Notes under the pieces: generated by a model
Told to the model about the DNA's origin: nothing
Databases searched by the model: none
What the model saw: the letters and a program-made list of their open reading frames with translations, nothing else
Source of the DNA: Octopus sinensis
Taxonomy: Eukaryota
DNA: 64,000 nucleotides
Assembly (NCBI RefSeq): GCF_006345805.1
Contig: NC_043003.1
Coordinates: 51,770,001 to 51,834,000, forward strand
Direction: 5' to 3'
In this document: positions 51,743-63,699 of the stretch, one piece after another
Layout: every line of letters begins with the position of its first letter
How positions within the stretch are numbered: the stretch's first letter is position 1
Position numbers and translations under genes: made by a program

Positions 51743-54700
51743 ATTTGTTTACAATACACACACACACACACACAAACATATTTATTTATACATACATATC
51801 ACAGTAAATTAATATTTGCGCGAAGAAAAATACAGATACTCGTGAATAACTATTTTCTTTACAATAATAATTTCTTTGAATTTAATAATAATGTATAAGG
51901 AATAATTGTTGTTGACCCTGGCACGATTTGAACTCAGAACATAAAAAGACAATTAAAAAAACAATGCATTTTGCTCGTTGCTTCACTATAAATAGAATCA
52001 ACACCCTGCAAAAAGTTTTCAACAATTTCGGACTTATACTTTTCTCTATACAAAACAAATTTTAGCTTTATTGGCAGGCAGTGATTTCATTTAAAACTTA
52101 TAACAACAAAAAAATATCATACTAAAATTGAAGAGACTAAAGATTTTACATTGTTCTATCTAAATTGACAGGAGAAGAATTATGCTTTAAAATGAGATGA
52201 AATTCAATGAAAATTTTTTTTTTTTACGAAACAGCGGCGTTAAATTTCCGTGTTTTCGGAGTTTTGGAAGTTGTGTTTTCGTTAACTGAAGAGTGCTACT
52301 TCCTTTAAGACATCATTAATTTGTAATGAAACGCGAAAGATGGTTAGATAGAAGGGAGATAACTCTACAAACACAACTAGAAAGTTTCATGTTGATGTAT
52401 TCTAACTCTAGCTTGTATCCGACGGGGACAAACAGACTTATAATGGAAGAGACTAAGAGCCATGACAGAAGAAAAGTTATTTCTGAACTGTTGAGCGACT
52501 ATAGCACACATTACATATTGATAAACAAAACGGGGGATAATGATTGCACGAATAAATATTAGTATAATCATCATCACCTAAAATATTCGTATTATTTACA
52601 TTATTTAAGCGCGCGTACACACATACACAGAAACGGAATGTTGTAGAAATTTAAAAAACAAAAACAAAGAACGATGGTGGTGTTGGGGATGAGGACAATA
52701 ATTAAAGTACGCTTAACATCCAACAGATTGGAGATCTAAATCTAAAGAATGGTTGAGCTGAGAAAGTGTACTATATTATGAGAGCAGATATAAAATTTAC
52801 GCTTTATCGGAATTCTGTTGACCTCAGCACTCGACTGGTACTTTATTTAGTCAACCCCAGAAAGATCGAAGTTGATTTGAGAAAATAAATGGCCATAAAT
52901 ACCGGAAGGCACTTTTGTTCCCGCTCTCTCGTCTCTACCACTTCGCTATCTAATAAATGAGAAATATCAAAAGATGTCGCAGCAGAGAGTAGCTATGTTT
53001 CAAAATAACTAATCCAAGGATTGACCCAAAATAAGTTAACGGCTAATAAAAAGCAATGATGCTATTTATGGCTCCTAAATATTGAGGGTTTATGAAATAA
53101 CGGTGCTTTAGTTGTGCTTGGTTTCGGTTGTCTCACGCTAAAGCAGACGCGTGGATATAAAACGAATTAGTCAATCGAAAGTACATTTCTCCAACCAGAT
53201 GATTTGGTGTTTATATCATGATAGCTAAAGTATAAAGTGCTCTACACAGAAAACATATCAAAACTAATATCGAAGCTCACACGTTAGTGGGTATTTTCTT
53301 GGTGTAACGAACCCTGAAATTAACGTATAAAATGTTTAACAGTCTTTTCCAAAATTAATATTTTTAGTTCCTCTTTTACGTCCAGCATCACTATCATCGC
53401 TACTCACTGAGCATGACTGCTCGACATGCTAGAAATAACAGCTATATCCCACTCTCTTAACAAATAACGTTGATGAACTGGATACTCCTAAAAAGAGTGG
53501 ATGGCCTCGATTACAATGCATTTGGTTATAGGTCCGCTCCATTAGGAATGACCAGGAATTAAACAACAACAATAGTAACATCTATATTTATAAGTTCCCA
53601 CCTATGTAAACATTGGTTGACCTGTATCTACGAGAGGGAGCCACTATGCGGTTTTCGACCAGTAGAAAATGATAGCGAAATCCCCTCAGAATACACCCGA
53701 CTATCTTAAACCCGTGTGTCCTGTTTTTTTAAGGACTCATGAAATAATATACTCCGTGATACACTATGGTAAAAAAAAAAAAAAAAAGACGACTGGTTGC
53801 GGCTGGTACGTCTTTGATTATGACTGTTGAACCAGAGGCTGACCTGGCCAAAAAACAATGTAATAAAAGAGAAATCGAGAAGGGCTCTATGTTGTTGATC
53901 GACCTGCTAGAAATAGCAGTCGAATTTCCCTCAATTTATATCCCCCACACCACCAAGAAAAAAGAAAACTAAAAGACGAGAAAAAGCTAAGGACACATTA
54001 TGTTTAAAAAACGAAAAGGCAAGTTGGAATGCTTTTGAATTTAGATCTGTTGGATCACGGCTAACCCAGAGTTAAAACAACTACAAATCTAAATATATCT
54101 ATACCAAATGTAAACATTCAATGACCTATATTATCCAATATCAATTTTTCGTATTCAGACTTAAAATTATTTCCTCCAACATATTCACATTCTCAAGAAA
54201 GGTGTCATCTTATTTTGTTTTTTCGCCACCGTTTCTACAAAATTAGATAATAAACAGAAAATTCCACTCTACATAATAATACTAATACTGATAATAATAA
54301 AAGGTGGTTTCCATTTCAACATTCCTTCCAACCAACAACAACCTAACCAATAATATATCTCTCTTCTTGTGTTGTAGGTTAAGGACCACCAGGATGAATA
54401 GAAAACAGCTGTATTTGACAAGAATGTTAAAGCAATAAGGAATAATACCTACGATAAGTTAGTTAAGTGAGTTTATAACTATACTGTTCACATTGGTAAA
54501 ATTCTTCCCTAACCCTAAACTAAGTTTTAATTAGGCATGAAGATTTTTTTTTCCTAGGAGTGAGAGGTGGGGGTGAATGGATAGGAAAATGCTTTAAAGT
54601 ATTTTTTTTTTTCTGTTGTGGTTCAGTCAGAGGTTGTAAAGTAACAACCATGACCACTTTTTGCAGAACCTATGAATCTGAAGGTAGAAAAGTAGATAGA

Positions 54701-56599
54701 TAGACAGATATTATTATCCTTGGATCAAAGGCCTGGTTCAAATGCTTGAAACAAAGTGAACTTCACTAAATGCAGTCAAGGGTTAAATTGAATGGCCATC
54801 ATTTCTTTCCAATTAATACATTAAAACTTGCTTTAAGCAATAAGTGGAATGCAAGCCATGGTTTAATACATTGGCCACTACTTCGATTTGACCTCACACG
54901 TTGGTTTAACATAGCCGACAGCTATCCAGATCTCATTTTGTCTTACTCAAAATGCTGAGTTGGTGAAAAGTTTGTATTCAAGCAATGTGGAGAAATTGTG
55001 ATACATTGTTTATAGAAATGAGAGAGAGAGAGAGATTTCCTAAGCAATGAAAACTTTTCAGGGCTGATACGTAATTTTGGCTTCCAGATTAAGATGATAT
55101 ATTATTGCAAGTAAAATTTCCATAGTAGGACAAACTACAGGCTTCTGATTAACTGCGAGCTAAAATAAATATTATACCCTTAAGTTTGGAGTGAAGGAAC
55201 TACTATAAATTGCTAAGTCCATGCCATTACAGAAAGGAGCAAATAGAGCAGATATAAACCAATGGAAGAACCTCAACATCTGAGGTGGGAAAACCCTTGC
55301 TTCGAAGCAAAATTTTGGAAAAATTCTAATTTGAAGCCACCCACTGATAAAGTAAGTCTCTAATAACCCGTGGGGAAAAGAAATAAAACAGTTTAAACCA
55401 CAAGATCTAAATAGTAATTTAATTTTTTTAATAGTAATTTAATATAAGTAATTTAATACGTTAGTTACATACCTATAAATTAACGAAGTTAAATATCCAT
55501 TATCTCTCTTACCACAGTTGCACCCCCACAGGTTCTTATGCAATTGCCTTTTTTACTAAAAAGGGTTCCTCACCATTCCTGGTTTGCACAGTTGCTCAAA
55601 TTATTGGAAATAGCAGCCAAATCTTTCACAAATCATGCAGACTACGTCGTAAGAAAAAGACACCTTTGATCAAAGTGTTCCAACTATGACAGCCCCACCT
55701 TATTTTTAGACAATATCCAATGTGCCTTCCCGTTTTCAAGATGAGGTGTGCTTTCATGGGAATCTGGTAGCTTGTTCTGGCAGGTTGAACAACTATAGGT
55801 TTGTTAACACTAGACATTAGCTATGGTTGTCAATCTGCAGTTTGATGATGGTTCCTTATGTCGACACGAAAGGCACAAATTTGCAAGGCCTCCGCAGCAA
55901 CAAAAGATAACTTTTAATGCCAAAATGTAAAATGAAAAAAAAAATAAATAAATAAAAATAAGGTATATATTTAGCCCAGCGATCTGTCTCCTCATCTTTA
56001 TAAGCAGCAATTTTCTAAGTAGCACATTTATGCATTTCCCTAAATAGATTTATCTGATTGAAATGATGTTTACAAATACGAGGTGATCCAGCATGACCAC
56101 AGCCGAATGACTGAAACTAGTAAAAGCGAATGGCTTGCTTACATTGGAACATTTTCTATGTTGGGGATGGGGTATAGTTAATAGAACCGATTCAAGTGTA
56201 TTTATGTTATAACTGGTTACTTATTTCTATAGGGAAGTATTCGGAAATGAATAGAGGTACGACTGATTTTGGCATTCAACAAAATATTTGTAATACCAAC
56301 TTAAATCAATTTTCTTAAATGTTTTACTTAAAAAAAAAAAAGAGAAATTAAAACTGAACTGCAATAAATCACAATTAGGGAGGACAAATTAATTATGTAA
56401 AAAAAAAAAAGCTTTAAAATTTTTAAAATGAAACTAAGATATAAAATATTCCCCGTTGCTATCTTGGAAAGTTTGAAAATCGTAAAAATGTAAAAGAATA
56501 TGATGGTGGTAAGAGTAAAGAGACAAGAGTGAAGTGAAGAGATGTTTCCTTTTCTCTCCCTTCCTCTCAGATTTTATAGGATGTAGTGGTAGAGTCAGG

Positions 56600-56760
56600 C
56601 ACACACAAAAGTATGTCGGTGGAGTGACTGTGCCAAAAATACCAGACCACACACGCGTTCATTGAATTACACCATTTCTGGGTCACGGGCCAAGATGGCG
56701 GGTAGCACTTCCTTTTTTTGTTTCCAGTGACAAGCAAATAATAGTAGTGTGTGTAGGTAT
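56600..56760 (+). promoter_or_regulatory. Motif cluster: Gli variant, ACGCGT, YY1/Pho and ETS
   Basis: GACCACACA 56645-56653, ACGCGT 56653-56658, CAAGATGGCGG 56691-56701 and CACTTCC 56706-56712, all in non-repeat sequence. Confidence 0.4.
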
Positions 56761-58073
56761 GTGAGAATCTGTGTGTACGGCTATAGAAGAGTATGTGCGT
56801 GCGCCTGTGTGTGGAGTTTTGTTATGTGGATGCATATAGTGTGGACGTGTATAATGAGGGTGTGTGTTTACGAGTGTGTAAGATGCCTTTCAGAACGTGT
56901 CAGTTATATGTACATGTATATATGAGTATGTATGTGTAAGCCAAAACTAGAAAGGTCCCAACGCGCATTTCATTGAAACTTGAGGAAATTAAGATTTACT
57001 TTTTTATACTCAGTGTTTATATTTATGTTTTTGTTGTATTTTTTTATCACGTTTTATAAGGAGGGACGGTGGTGGATTTAAAGTTTTGTTTTTGTTTATG
57101 TTACGTCTAAGAAAAAAAATTTAAATGTATAAAGAATCCGTTGATTTAAAAAAAATTATTTTGTAATAATAGTAATAATGCTACTATACATTATAAAAAC
57201 CAATTTTAGGCAGAAAAGAGAAAACAGGCCGAAATTTTGTATCAAATTGGCTCTTATGTGTAATATCATTTTACGTTGAAAATCTTAGTTAATTCATTCA
57301 TAATGTGCGTGTGTGCGTCTCTCTCTATTTCACCCTCTCTTTATATGTACTATTCTTCTACTAAGAAGGTCAATTTTGTAGAGATGCGAAGAGTCCAAAG
57401 CATGTACAAGGCATCAGATTTGAATGGGTGGGAGAACAGTCAGTTGAAACGACTTCTCTACCCAGTATTCGATTTAACAGGTACTTTATTTTATCGACAC
57501 CGGAAAGTTGACTGGCAAAGCAATCTAAACGTACAAGAGATGCCGCGAAATGCTACGTTTTACCAATTCTATCATCCAGTCATTTTTTCTTTTTCTTTTT
57601 TTTTTATGCCCTAAAATATAATGCCTAATAATTCTTACTAATATTGGTATAACGCCAGCAATTTTGAGAGGAAGAAGTCGATTACTTTGACTCCAGTGGT
57701 ACGTACCTATTCTAGTGACCCCTAAAGGATGAAAGGCAAAGTCGAACTCGGCGGAATTTGCCTATAATGACTAATAGTACTTATCTGAATCGAACCTCAA
57801 ATGATAAATACAATGAAATTAAAAGCTTTAACCTCACTAGGGTCTGAACTCATCTGAGTAGGATAAACAGCTAAATTCCAAGCAAGCCGTTTATTCAAAT
57901 GCCATTTGATGCATCGATCGTAAAGGTTCTATATTTGTCAGGGTGGAAGGAATAGGAGTATGTTTACGGTTTTTTCATATTCATTAGTTTCTGATGAGCA
58001 ATAGGCCACATTTTAAAACCACTAACATATACCGGGGCGTGTGATTTATTTTTTTAATTTATTCGATACTATA

Positions 58074-58210
58074 GGCGCAGGCGTGGCTGTGTGGTAAGAA
58101 GCTTGCTTCCTAACTACATGGTTCCGGGTTCAGTCCCGCTGTGGGGCACCTCGGACGGATCAAAGCCTTGTGAGTGGATTTGGTAGACGGAAATTGAAAG
58201 AAGCCTATCG

Positions 58211-58262
<52 letters not shown>

Positions 58263-58432
58263 CGTGCGTCTCTGTGTTTGACCCCGTCTCCATCACTTGA
58301 CAACTGACGGTTGTGTGTTATGTCTCAGTAGAGACTGATAGAATAAATACTGGGGTCGATTTCTTCGACTAAAATCCTTTAAGGCGATGTTCCAGCATGG
58401 CCTCGGGCAAATGACTGAAACGCGTAAAAGAA
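58074..58432 (+). mobile_element. Family A SINE, CpG-retaining, CORE segment deleted
   Basis: ggcgcaggcgtggctgtgtggtaag head; cacctcggac joins directly to caaagcc. Confidence 0.9.
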
Positions 58433-58795
58433 CACGGTACTGGATTGCTGTATGAGAGAGGGCTGGAAAGATAAGATGAATTGTTATCAATGGTATTTAG
58501 CCACAGATCAGCTCCGACTGAACAGATTTATAATCAAAAGCAATTTAGCCAGAATCATTCCTTTGTCCTTCTCTCGAGTATTGATTATCGAGGACTAAAA
58601 TTACACAGTGTAAGCCCCTTGCTTTTAAGACAGTAATGGTGTAACTGGCCAAGGGGTGGGGTCTGCTTCCAGGCCAGGCGACCACATAGAATTATTCTTG
58701 TTGGGTATTGTAAAAAGAAAATTTGAAGGGTGTAAAATAGCAGAGACGACGGAAAAGAAGTGTTTTTATTTTTTAAGATGTATTCGGATACTTAC

Positions 58796-58988
58796 GCTCA
58801 ACCCAGAGCTGTTCAACGTTGGTTTCTAACGTGCCTGTTTTCAAACCGAAGCAAAACAAAGAGAGCAGCAGTAATCCAAGGAAAAGAACTTTGCCATAAT
58901 GAAGTTGGATAAAACAGCCAACGCTGAAAAGTTGTTTCTGTAGGTGACATCGCACCCACAGAGCACATGTGTTTCCATTAGATTTACC
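58796..58988 (-). CDS. ptc: Patched (Hedgehog receptor) internal coding exon, equivalent to PTCH1 exon 2 (TM1 and start of extracellular domain 1)
   Basis: Minus strand reads (T/C)n-cag|GGTAAATCT...TGGGTTGAGC|gtaagt. It translates GKSNGNTCALWVRCHLQKQLFSVGCFIQLHYGKVLFLGLLLLSLFCFGLKTGTLETNVEQLWVE plus 1 nt, matching the Patched GK..G...LW.R..Q..LF..GC.IQ...GK.L..GL......GLK...LETNVE.LWVE signature. Length 193 bp, phase 0 in and phase 1 out, as I recall for human PTCH1 exon 2. Confidence 0.97.
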
Positions 58989-59519
58989 CTGAAAGAAAGA
59001 AAAAAAAAAGAAAAATACTTAGAAAAATATATTATATATAAAAATTCAATTATATTTCCAAATTTTCATTGTTAACAATTTTCTAATAATAAATACAGTA
59101 TTGATTATATTTTGATAAATAAAATTAAATAAGGCTTATAAGTAAAACAAAATCCTATGTCATAGGATGTTGGAGGCTCTTCTTCCCGCCAGCCCTCACC
59201 TGTTTTCAAGCAAGGTGCTATTTCTAACATGGCTGGACATGTCTCACGGGGACGTTCATTTTGTATCTATGGCGTGATGTCAAGACAAGGAGACACACGA
59301 ATACACAAATATACGTATGTCATTCATTTCCCATATTCTGCGAAAACATGTTTGGCTGAGGGGAATTAACACCCAGCTTGGAAATGAGTGGAGGTTGACA
59401 ACAGGAAAAGCATCCGAGGCCGTAGAAAAGTTGCATCGATAAACTCTGTCCAACTCGCGCAAGCATGGAAAAGTGGACATTAAAATGATGATGATGATTT
59501 ACATATTCATTTTCCATTA

Positions 59520-59656
59520 ACCATATCTACTCTCAAGCTTTGGGCGACTCAAGGCTACAATAGAAGACACTTGTCCAAAGCGTCACACAGTGGGACTGAA
59601 CCTGAAACCACAAGGTTGGGAAGTGAAATTCTTAATCACAAAGTCATGTTTGCGTT
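59520..59656 (-). mobile_element. Family A SINE, head fragment
   Basis: gaagacacttgtccaa...gtgggactgaacctgaaacc is the reverse complement of the head/CORE region. Confidence 0.8.
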
Positions 59657-60390
59657 TATATATACCTTTCGAGTGTAGTTATGCTATTTTTAAAAAAATC
59701 AATCGTATCGACTCTAGCCTTTACTTTATCGATCTCTAATTACGCCCAACTGAATTACGTTCCTTTTGGAGACGGAAACACAACAAAGTAATACACTAGT
59801 GCACCCACACAACAATTTTACATACTGTCTACACTCAAGAGAGTTCCTTCAGCTGTCAACGAGAACATAATTTCGTCACCTTCCAACAATACCCCCGCCA
59901 CTAATGCCAAGTAGCATTGATGCTACAAGGTTATTTTGCTCCACACTGTAGTACATTTATCTACACAAGTTGGATGCAGCTGGAACAACTCCAATTAAGC
60001 AAGCAACCATTTTGTTTTATTTTTCGCTCAGGATTGTTGAGCTCCTCTGCTTATCACATGCCTCAACCATGACCATGTCGAAGCATTTTCTTCTTTCCTC
60101 TCCAATTCACGAATCAGTGTACAGGTGTTCTTAAGGCCAACGCCAGCCAGCTAAGACATAGTGAATCATTGTGTATCTGACCAGTGACATCCCACCTTTC
60201 TAGAAGCACCAAACATTTCCACCCTCGTGCCTCGCACGATCCATTAAGTCTTGTGTGTGTGTGGTGTGTGTGTGTGTGTGTGCGTTAGGCTCTTCTTTCA
60301 TGTGCCCATTCTATGGGTGGAGTCAAGTCATCAATTAAATTTCTTTTTCTTTTGTCAAATCAGACCAAGCCATAAAGCTAGGACTTTGTT

Positions 60391-60557
60391 GTTGTTTGTT
60401 CCTTCTCGAGTCACGCCTGGCTCATAAGCGCCGGTTTCCCGGTTTCCTTGGCGTATAGGTTCCCCACCTAGACGGGACGCCGGTCCGTTGCAGGTGAGCT
60501 GCATGATGCAGGAGGAAAGAGTAAGAGAAAGTTGTGGTGAAAGAGTCAACAGAAGTT
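60391..60557 (-). mobile_element. V-domain-like SINE fragment
   Basis: Reverse complement cctgcaacggaccggcgtcccgtctagg resembles the V-SINE motif CCCTGCGATGGACTGGCGTCCCGTCCAGG (from memory). Confidence 0.55.
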
Positions 60558-60768
60558 TATTCAGCTGAATACACGTCATTGATTGGTGGAAATTACCGAA
60601 ATACGACAACTTTAACACGAAATAACTTCGTATATAGAAACTTTTCTCAACAACACTAAGAGTAAAAGATGTTTTATATGACGCATTCTACCAGTGTCCG
60701 AAGTTTGAAAGTGTTTAGTTACAAAAAATTAATTTCCCCATCTGCCATTGAAAGGGGAAAAGATCCCT
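60557..60768. mobile_element. MITE-like fragment
   Basis: Ends in aagggaaaaagatccc-ta; recalled as an octopus interspersed repeat; only one end is visible. Confidence 0.35.
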
Positions 60769-60859
60769 AGCCCCTATACTCAAACTCTTCAATCTCTCCC
60801 CGCTCCCCCTCCTCTGCCTCCAGGGAACTATCCTAACTTTTAGAAACACGCAACCACAT

Positions 60860-61400
60860 ATCCTATTCCCAATGAAAGCAATCTCTCTTTGGCCTTATCA
60901 ACTATCGGCCCATTGCACTCACTTCCAATATCTCATATGTAACAGAGACAGTTATTAACCAAGACGTCCTCTCAACAACTCGAATCTTTTCCTCCCTCAT
61001 CTTAATGACCACCAGTACGATTTCAGTATAACTATAAGTCGCCTTAAATTGGAAGAATTTGGTGTAAGTAATGTTGTGGCCTATGACGTCTGGTATTCAA
61101 ATCTGCCGCATGTTGACGGAGTTTTTCTGTTGTCCCTCATTCTATCAACTCTGGCGTGTCCCATATTTATCCTCTGTCTCTTTTGCGTCCCATATTTTGC
61201 GTGTCCCATATTTATCCTCTGTCTCTTTTGCGTCTGTACATCAATAACTTACCGCTACATCCAACAATATGCTGTCGTACTCAGATAACATAATTCATTC
61301 TTATCTATATATTTTCCAGCCATGTACCAAGCCATTCGCACACACTGACTCCAAGATCAGAGACCTAGCAATCAAATCTAAAACGATAGATCAAAGTATG
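60860..61400 (+). mobile_element. Decayed CR1/Jockey-type LINE reverse-transcriptase fragment
   Basis: Frameshifted motifs in the expected order: PIP...NYRPIALTS, FGVSNVVAYD (cf. FGE..VVALD), INSGV (cf. GVPQG) and YSDN (cf. YADD). Confidence 0.7.
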
Positions 61401-62024
61401 CAATGTCTTACGAAAATTAAGCGATTGCCTACTGTGACACTCATAAGAGGAAATATCAACAGTCAGTAAATGATAAAGTGCTGTTTCGATGAACATACTC
61501 TGCATACCAACGAAAGCACCTCAGTCAATTAGAATCTCTTCGTGATGCTCACCTGTAAGAAATAGCAGCAAATTTTCCCTCCAATCAGCCTTAGTTACCA
61601 TCTTGAATAGGAAAGGCCATACTAGATAACGCAGTCCTAGGCGTATCACTTAAAAGAAAGTGTTTTTTTTATGTATTCATTTATTTATTTATATTTATTC
61701 ATTTGAATTTTAACGAATTCTTTGCCAGATTTTCAGCTCGCTACGTTCTGAGGTGAAATCTCGCAGATGCGAACTTTCTTTCAATTATGTCTTCGGGATC
61801 GATGGTATTCGACTAAAACCTCTTCTTATAAAATTGCTGGTTTTGTAGTTAAATCAGAAATCATTTAGCTATTGCAGACAGCCACTAATTCATTTGATTG
61901 TGTTTAACTCTTGCTTTCAATCCACAGAGAGATATGAACTTTAAGGTAAGTTCGTTCTGCGAGCCTACGAAATTTTAAGCTGCATGGAGCTGAGTCAGAC
62001 TTTTATAAAATAATAATAATCCTG

Positions 62025-62609
62025 TCTTATGGAGGCATAAAGCCTGAAATTTGGGGGAAGGGATTAAATCGATTACATCGACCCCAGTACTCAACTGGTA
62101 CTTATTTAATCGACTTCGAAAGGATGAAAGGCAAATCGACTTCGGCGGAATTTGAATTGAGAACGTAAAGCCGCAAAGCAGTTTGCCCGGCGTGCTAACG
62201 ATTCTGCCAGCTCGTCACCTTAATAATAATGATGATGATGATGATGATGATAATTTTTCCACAAAGGCAGCTTGGGGGAGGTGAGGATGAGTCGATTACA
62301 TCGATCCCAGTGTTCAACGGATACTTATTTTATCGACCTCGAAAGGATGAAAGGCAAAGTCGACGTCGGCGGAATTTGAATTCAAAACGGAGCGACGGGC
62401 GAAATACCTATTTCTTTACTACCCACAACGGGCTAAACACAGAGGGGACAAACAAGGACAGACAAACGGATTAAGTCGATTATATCGACCTCAGTGCGTA
62501 ACTGGTACTTATTTAATCGACCCCGGCGGAATTTGAACCCAGAACGTAGCAGCAGACGAAATACTGCTAAGCATTTAGCCCGGCGTGTTAAGGATTCTAC
62601 CAGCTCGCC

Positions 62610-62610
<1 letters not shown>
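62025..62610 (-). mobile_element. Cluster of three family B SINE units
   Basis: Units at ~62025-62222, ~62257-62407 and ~62408-62610; the last has a microhomology deletion at ~62520. Confidence 0.85.

Positions 62611-62665
<55 letters not shown>
62610..62665. repeat. (ATT)n microsatellite
   Basis: Direct observation; a similar tract lies at 63304-63360. Confidence 0.95.
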
Positions 62666-62671
<6 letters not shown>

Positions 62672-62773
62672 TGTGTGTATTTAGTTAACGAATAACAAAA
62701 GAACAGGAATTACCTAATCACCTTCATTAGCTTAAGGCATAAGTGAATTCTAACAACTGTTTATTAGTATCGC

Positions 62774-62804
<31 letters not shown>

Positions 62805-63313
62805 AAAGAGATTGAGGAGGAAGTGAAGCGAGGTGTGTGTATATGTGTGTGTAATATTCATGCTTTTTCCGAGGTTTAAGTAAGCAAAGTAAAATGACTT
62901 TGACCGACGATGAAAATCAGTCGGTACAATCTTGCTAAGTAGGTTTGCACATGATTCTGAAAACGTTTCTCCTTTGGGTCCTTTCCGTCAGCTATATTTC
63001 ATTAAGACGGTTGACTAAAGTAATTACAGTAAAATCCGGAATACGAGAAACTGATGATGGCTCTGCGTCGGCAACAATTACACCATAGGAGAGTTCATAG
63101 AAGAGTTCGGTAAGTTCATTTGCTGTGATTATACAGTAATTACGGATGCAAGTTTAGAATGAAACACATTTTCTAGAAATTAATGAGTACACGCACGCAC
63201 ATATTTACTTATACAAACACATATATAGATGACAGCACACAAACCCGCATAACGCTCCAACAGAATAAGAACATAGGAAAATGGAGACGTGGAGAAGACA
63301 CAAATTATTATTA

Positions 63314-63363
<50 letters not shown>

Positions 63364-63699
63364 GGGTGGAGTCCATATGTTTTGCTACACTTGGCTAGCA
63401 AATATATATAAAGTTACACAAAGTCACTGTTAAATGTTTGCGTTTTATAACTTTATAAAACCATTGGCAATAAATATTGTAAATTAGACATAGCAAGAGC
63501 TAAACACACACAATGAAAAAACCACCACCTAAGCACCAACTTTTAAGTCCACGCAAATATGAATAAATAATACGTGAAAATGTGTATATTTAAAAGTTAT
63601 TTTGATGCTTATATAGGGCTTAAAATATATATTTATGTACTTTATATGGTTTTAATGTATAAATCACCTTGTGATGCACGTGTGTGTGTGTGTGGGGGG

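Larger units (their letters stand above)
3736..58795 (-). other. ptc intron 2 (55,060 bp, GT-AG, phase 1)
   Basis: Bounded by the gtaagt donor at 58795 and the cag acceptor at 3736. The two exons join in frame, and I found no intervening Patched-like coding sequence. Confidence 0.9.

Noticed and set aside
56596-56635. Hairpin ggcaca...tgtgcc as a pre-miRNA
   Set aside because: The stem is only about 6 bp. I saw no convincing 60-70-nt miRNA-type hairpin in unique sequence, though I could not fold the window computationally.
59198-59280. Candidate ptc exon 1 ending CAG|gtgagg (also CAG|gtgagc at 61553)
   Set aside because: The first has an in-frame stop two codons upstream in the required phase 0. 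Neither shows Patched similarity, and both resemble the family D gctatttct motif.
59930-60290. Possible further LINE remnant (minus-strand WSWLRHVI-like word near 60070)
   Set aside because: A single short motif is not enough to call an element.
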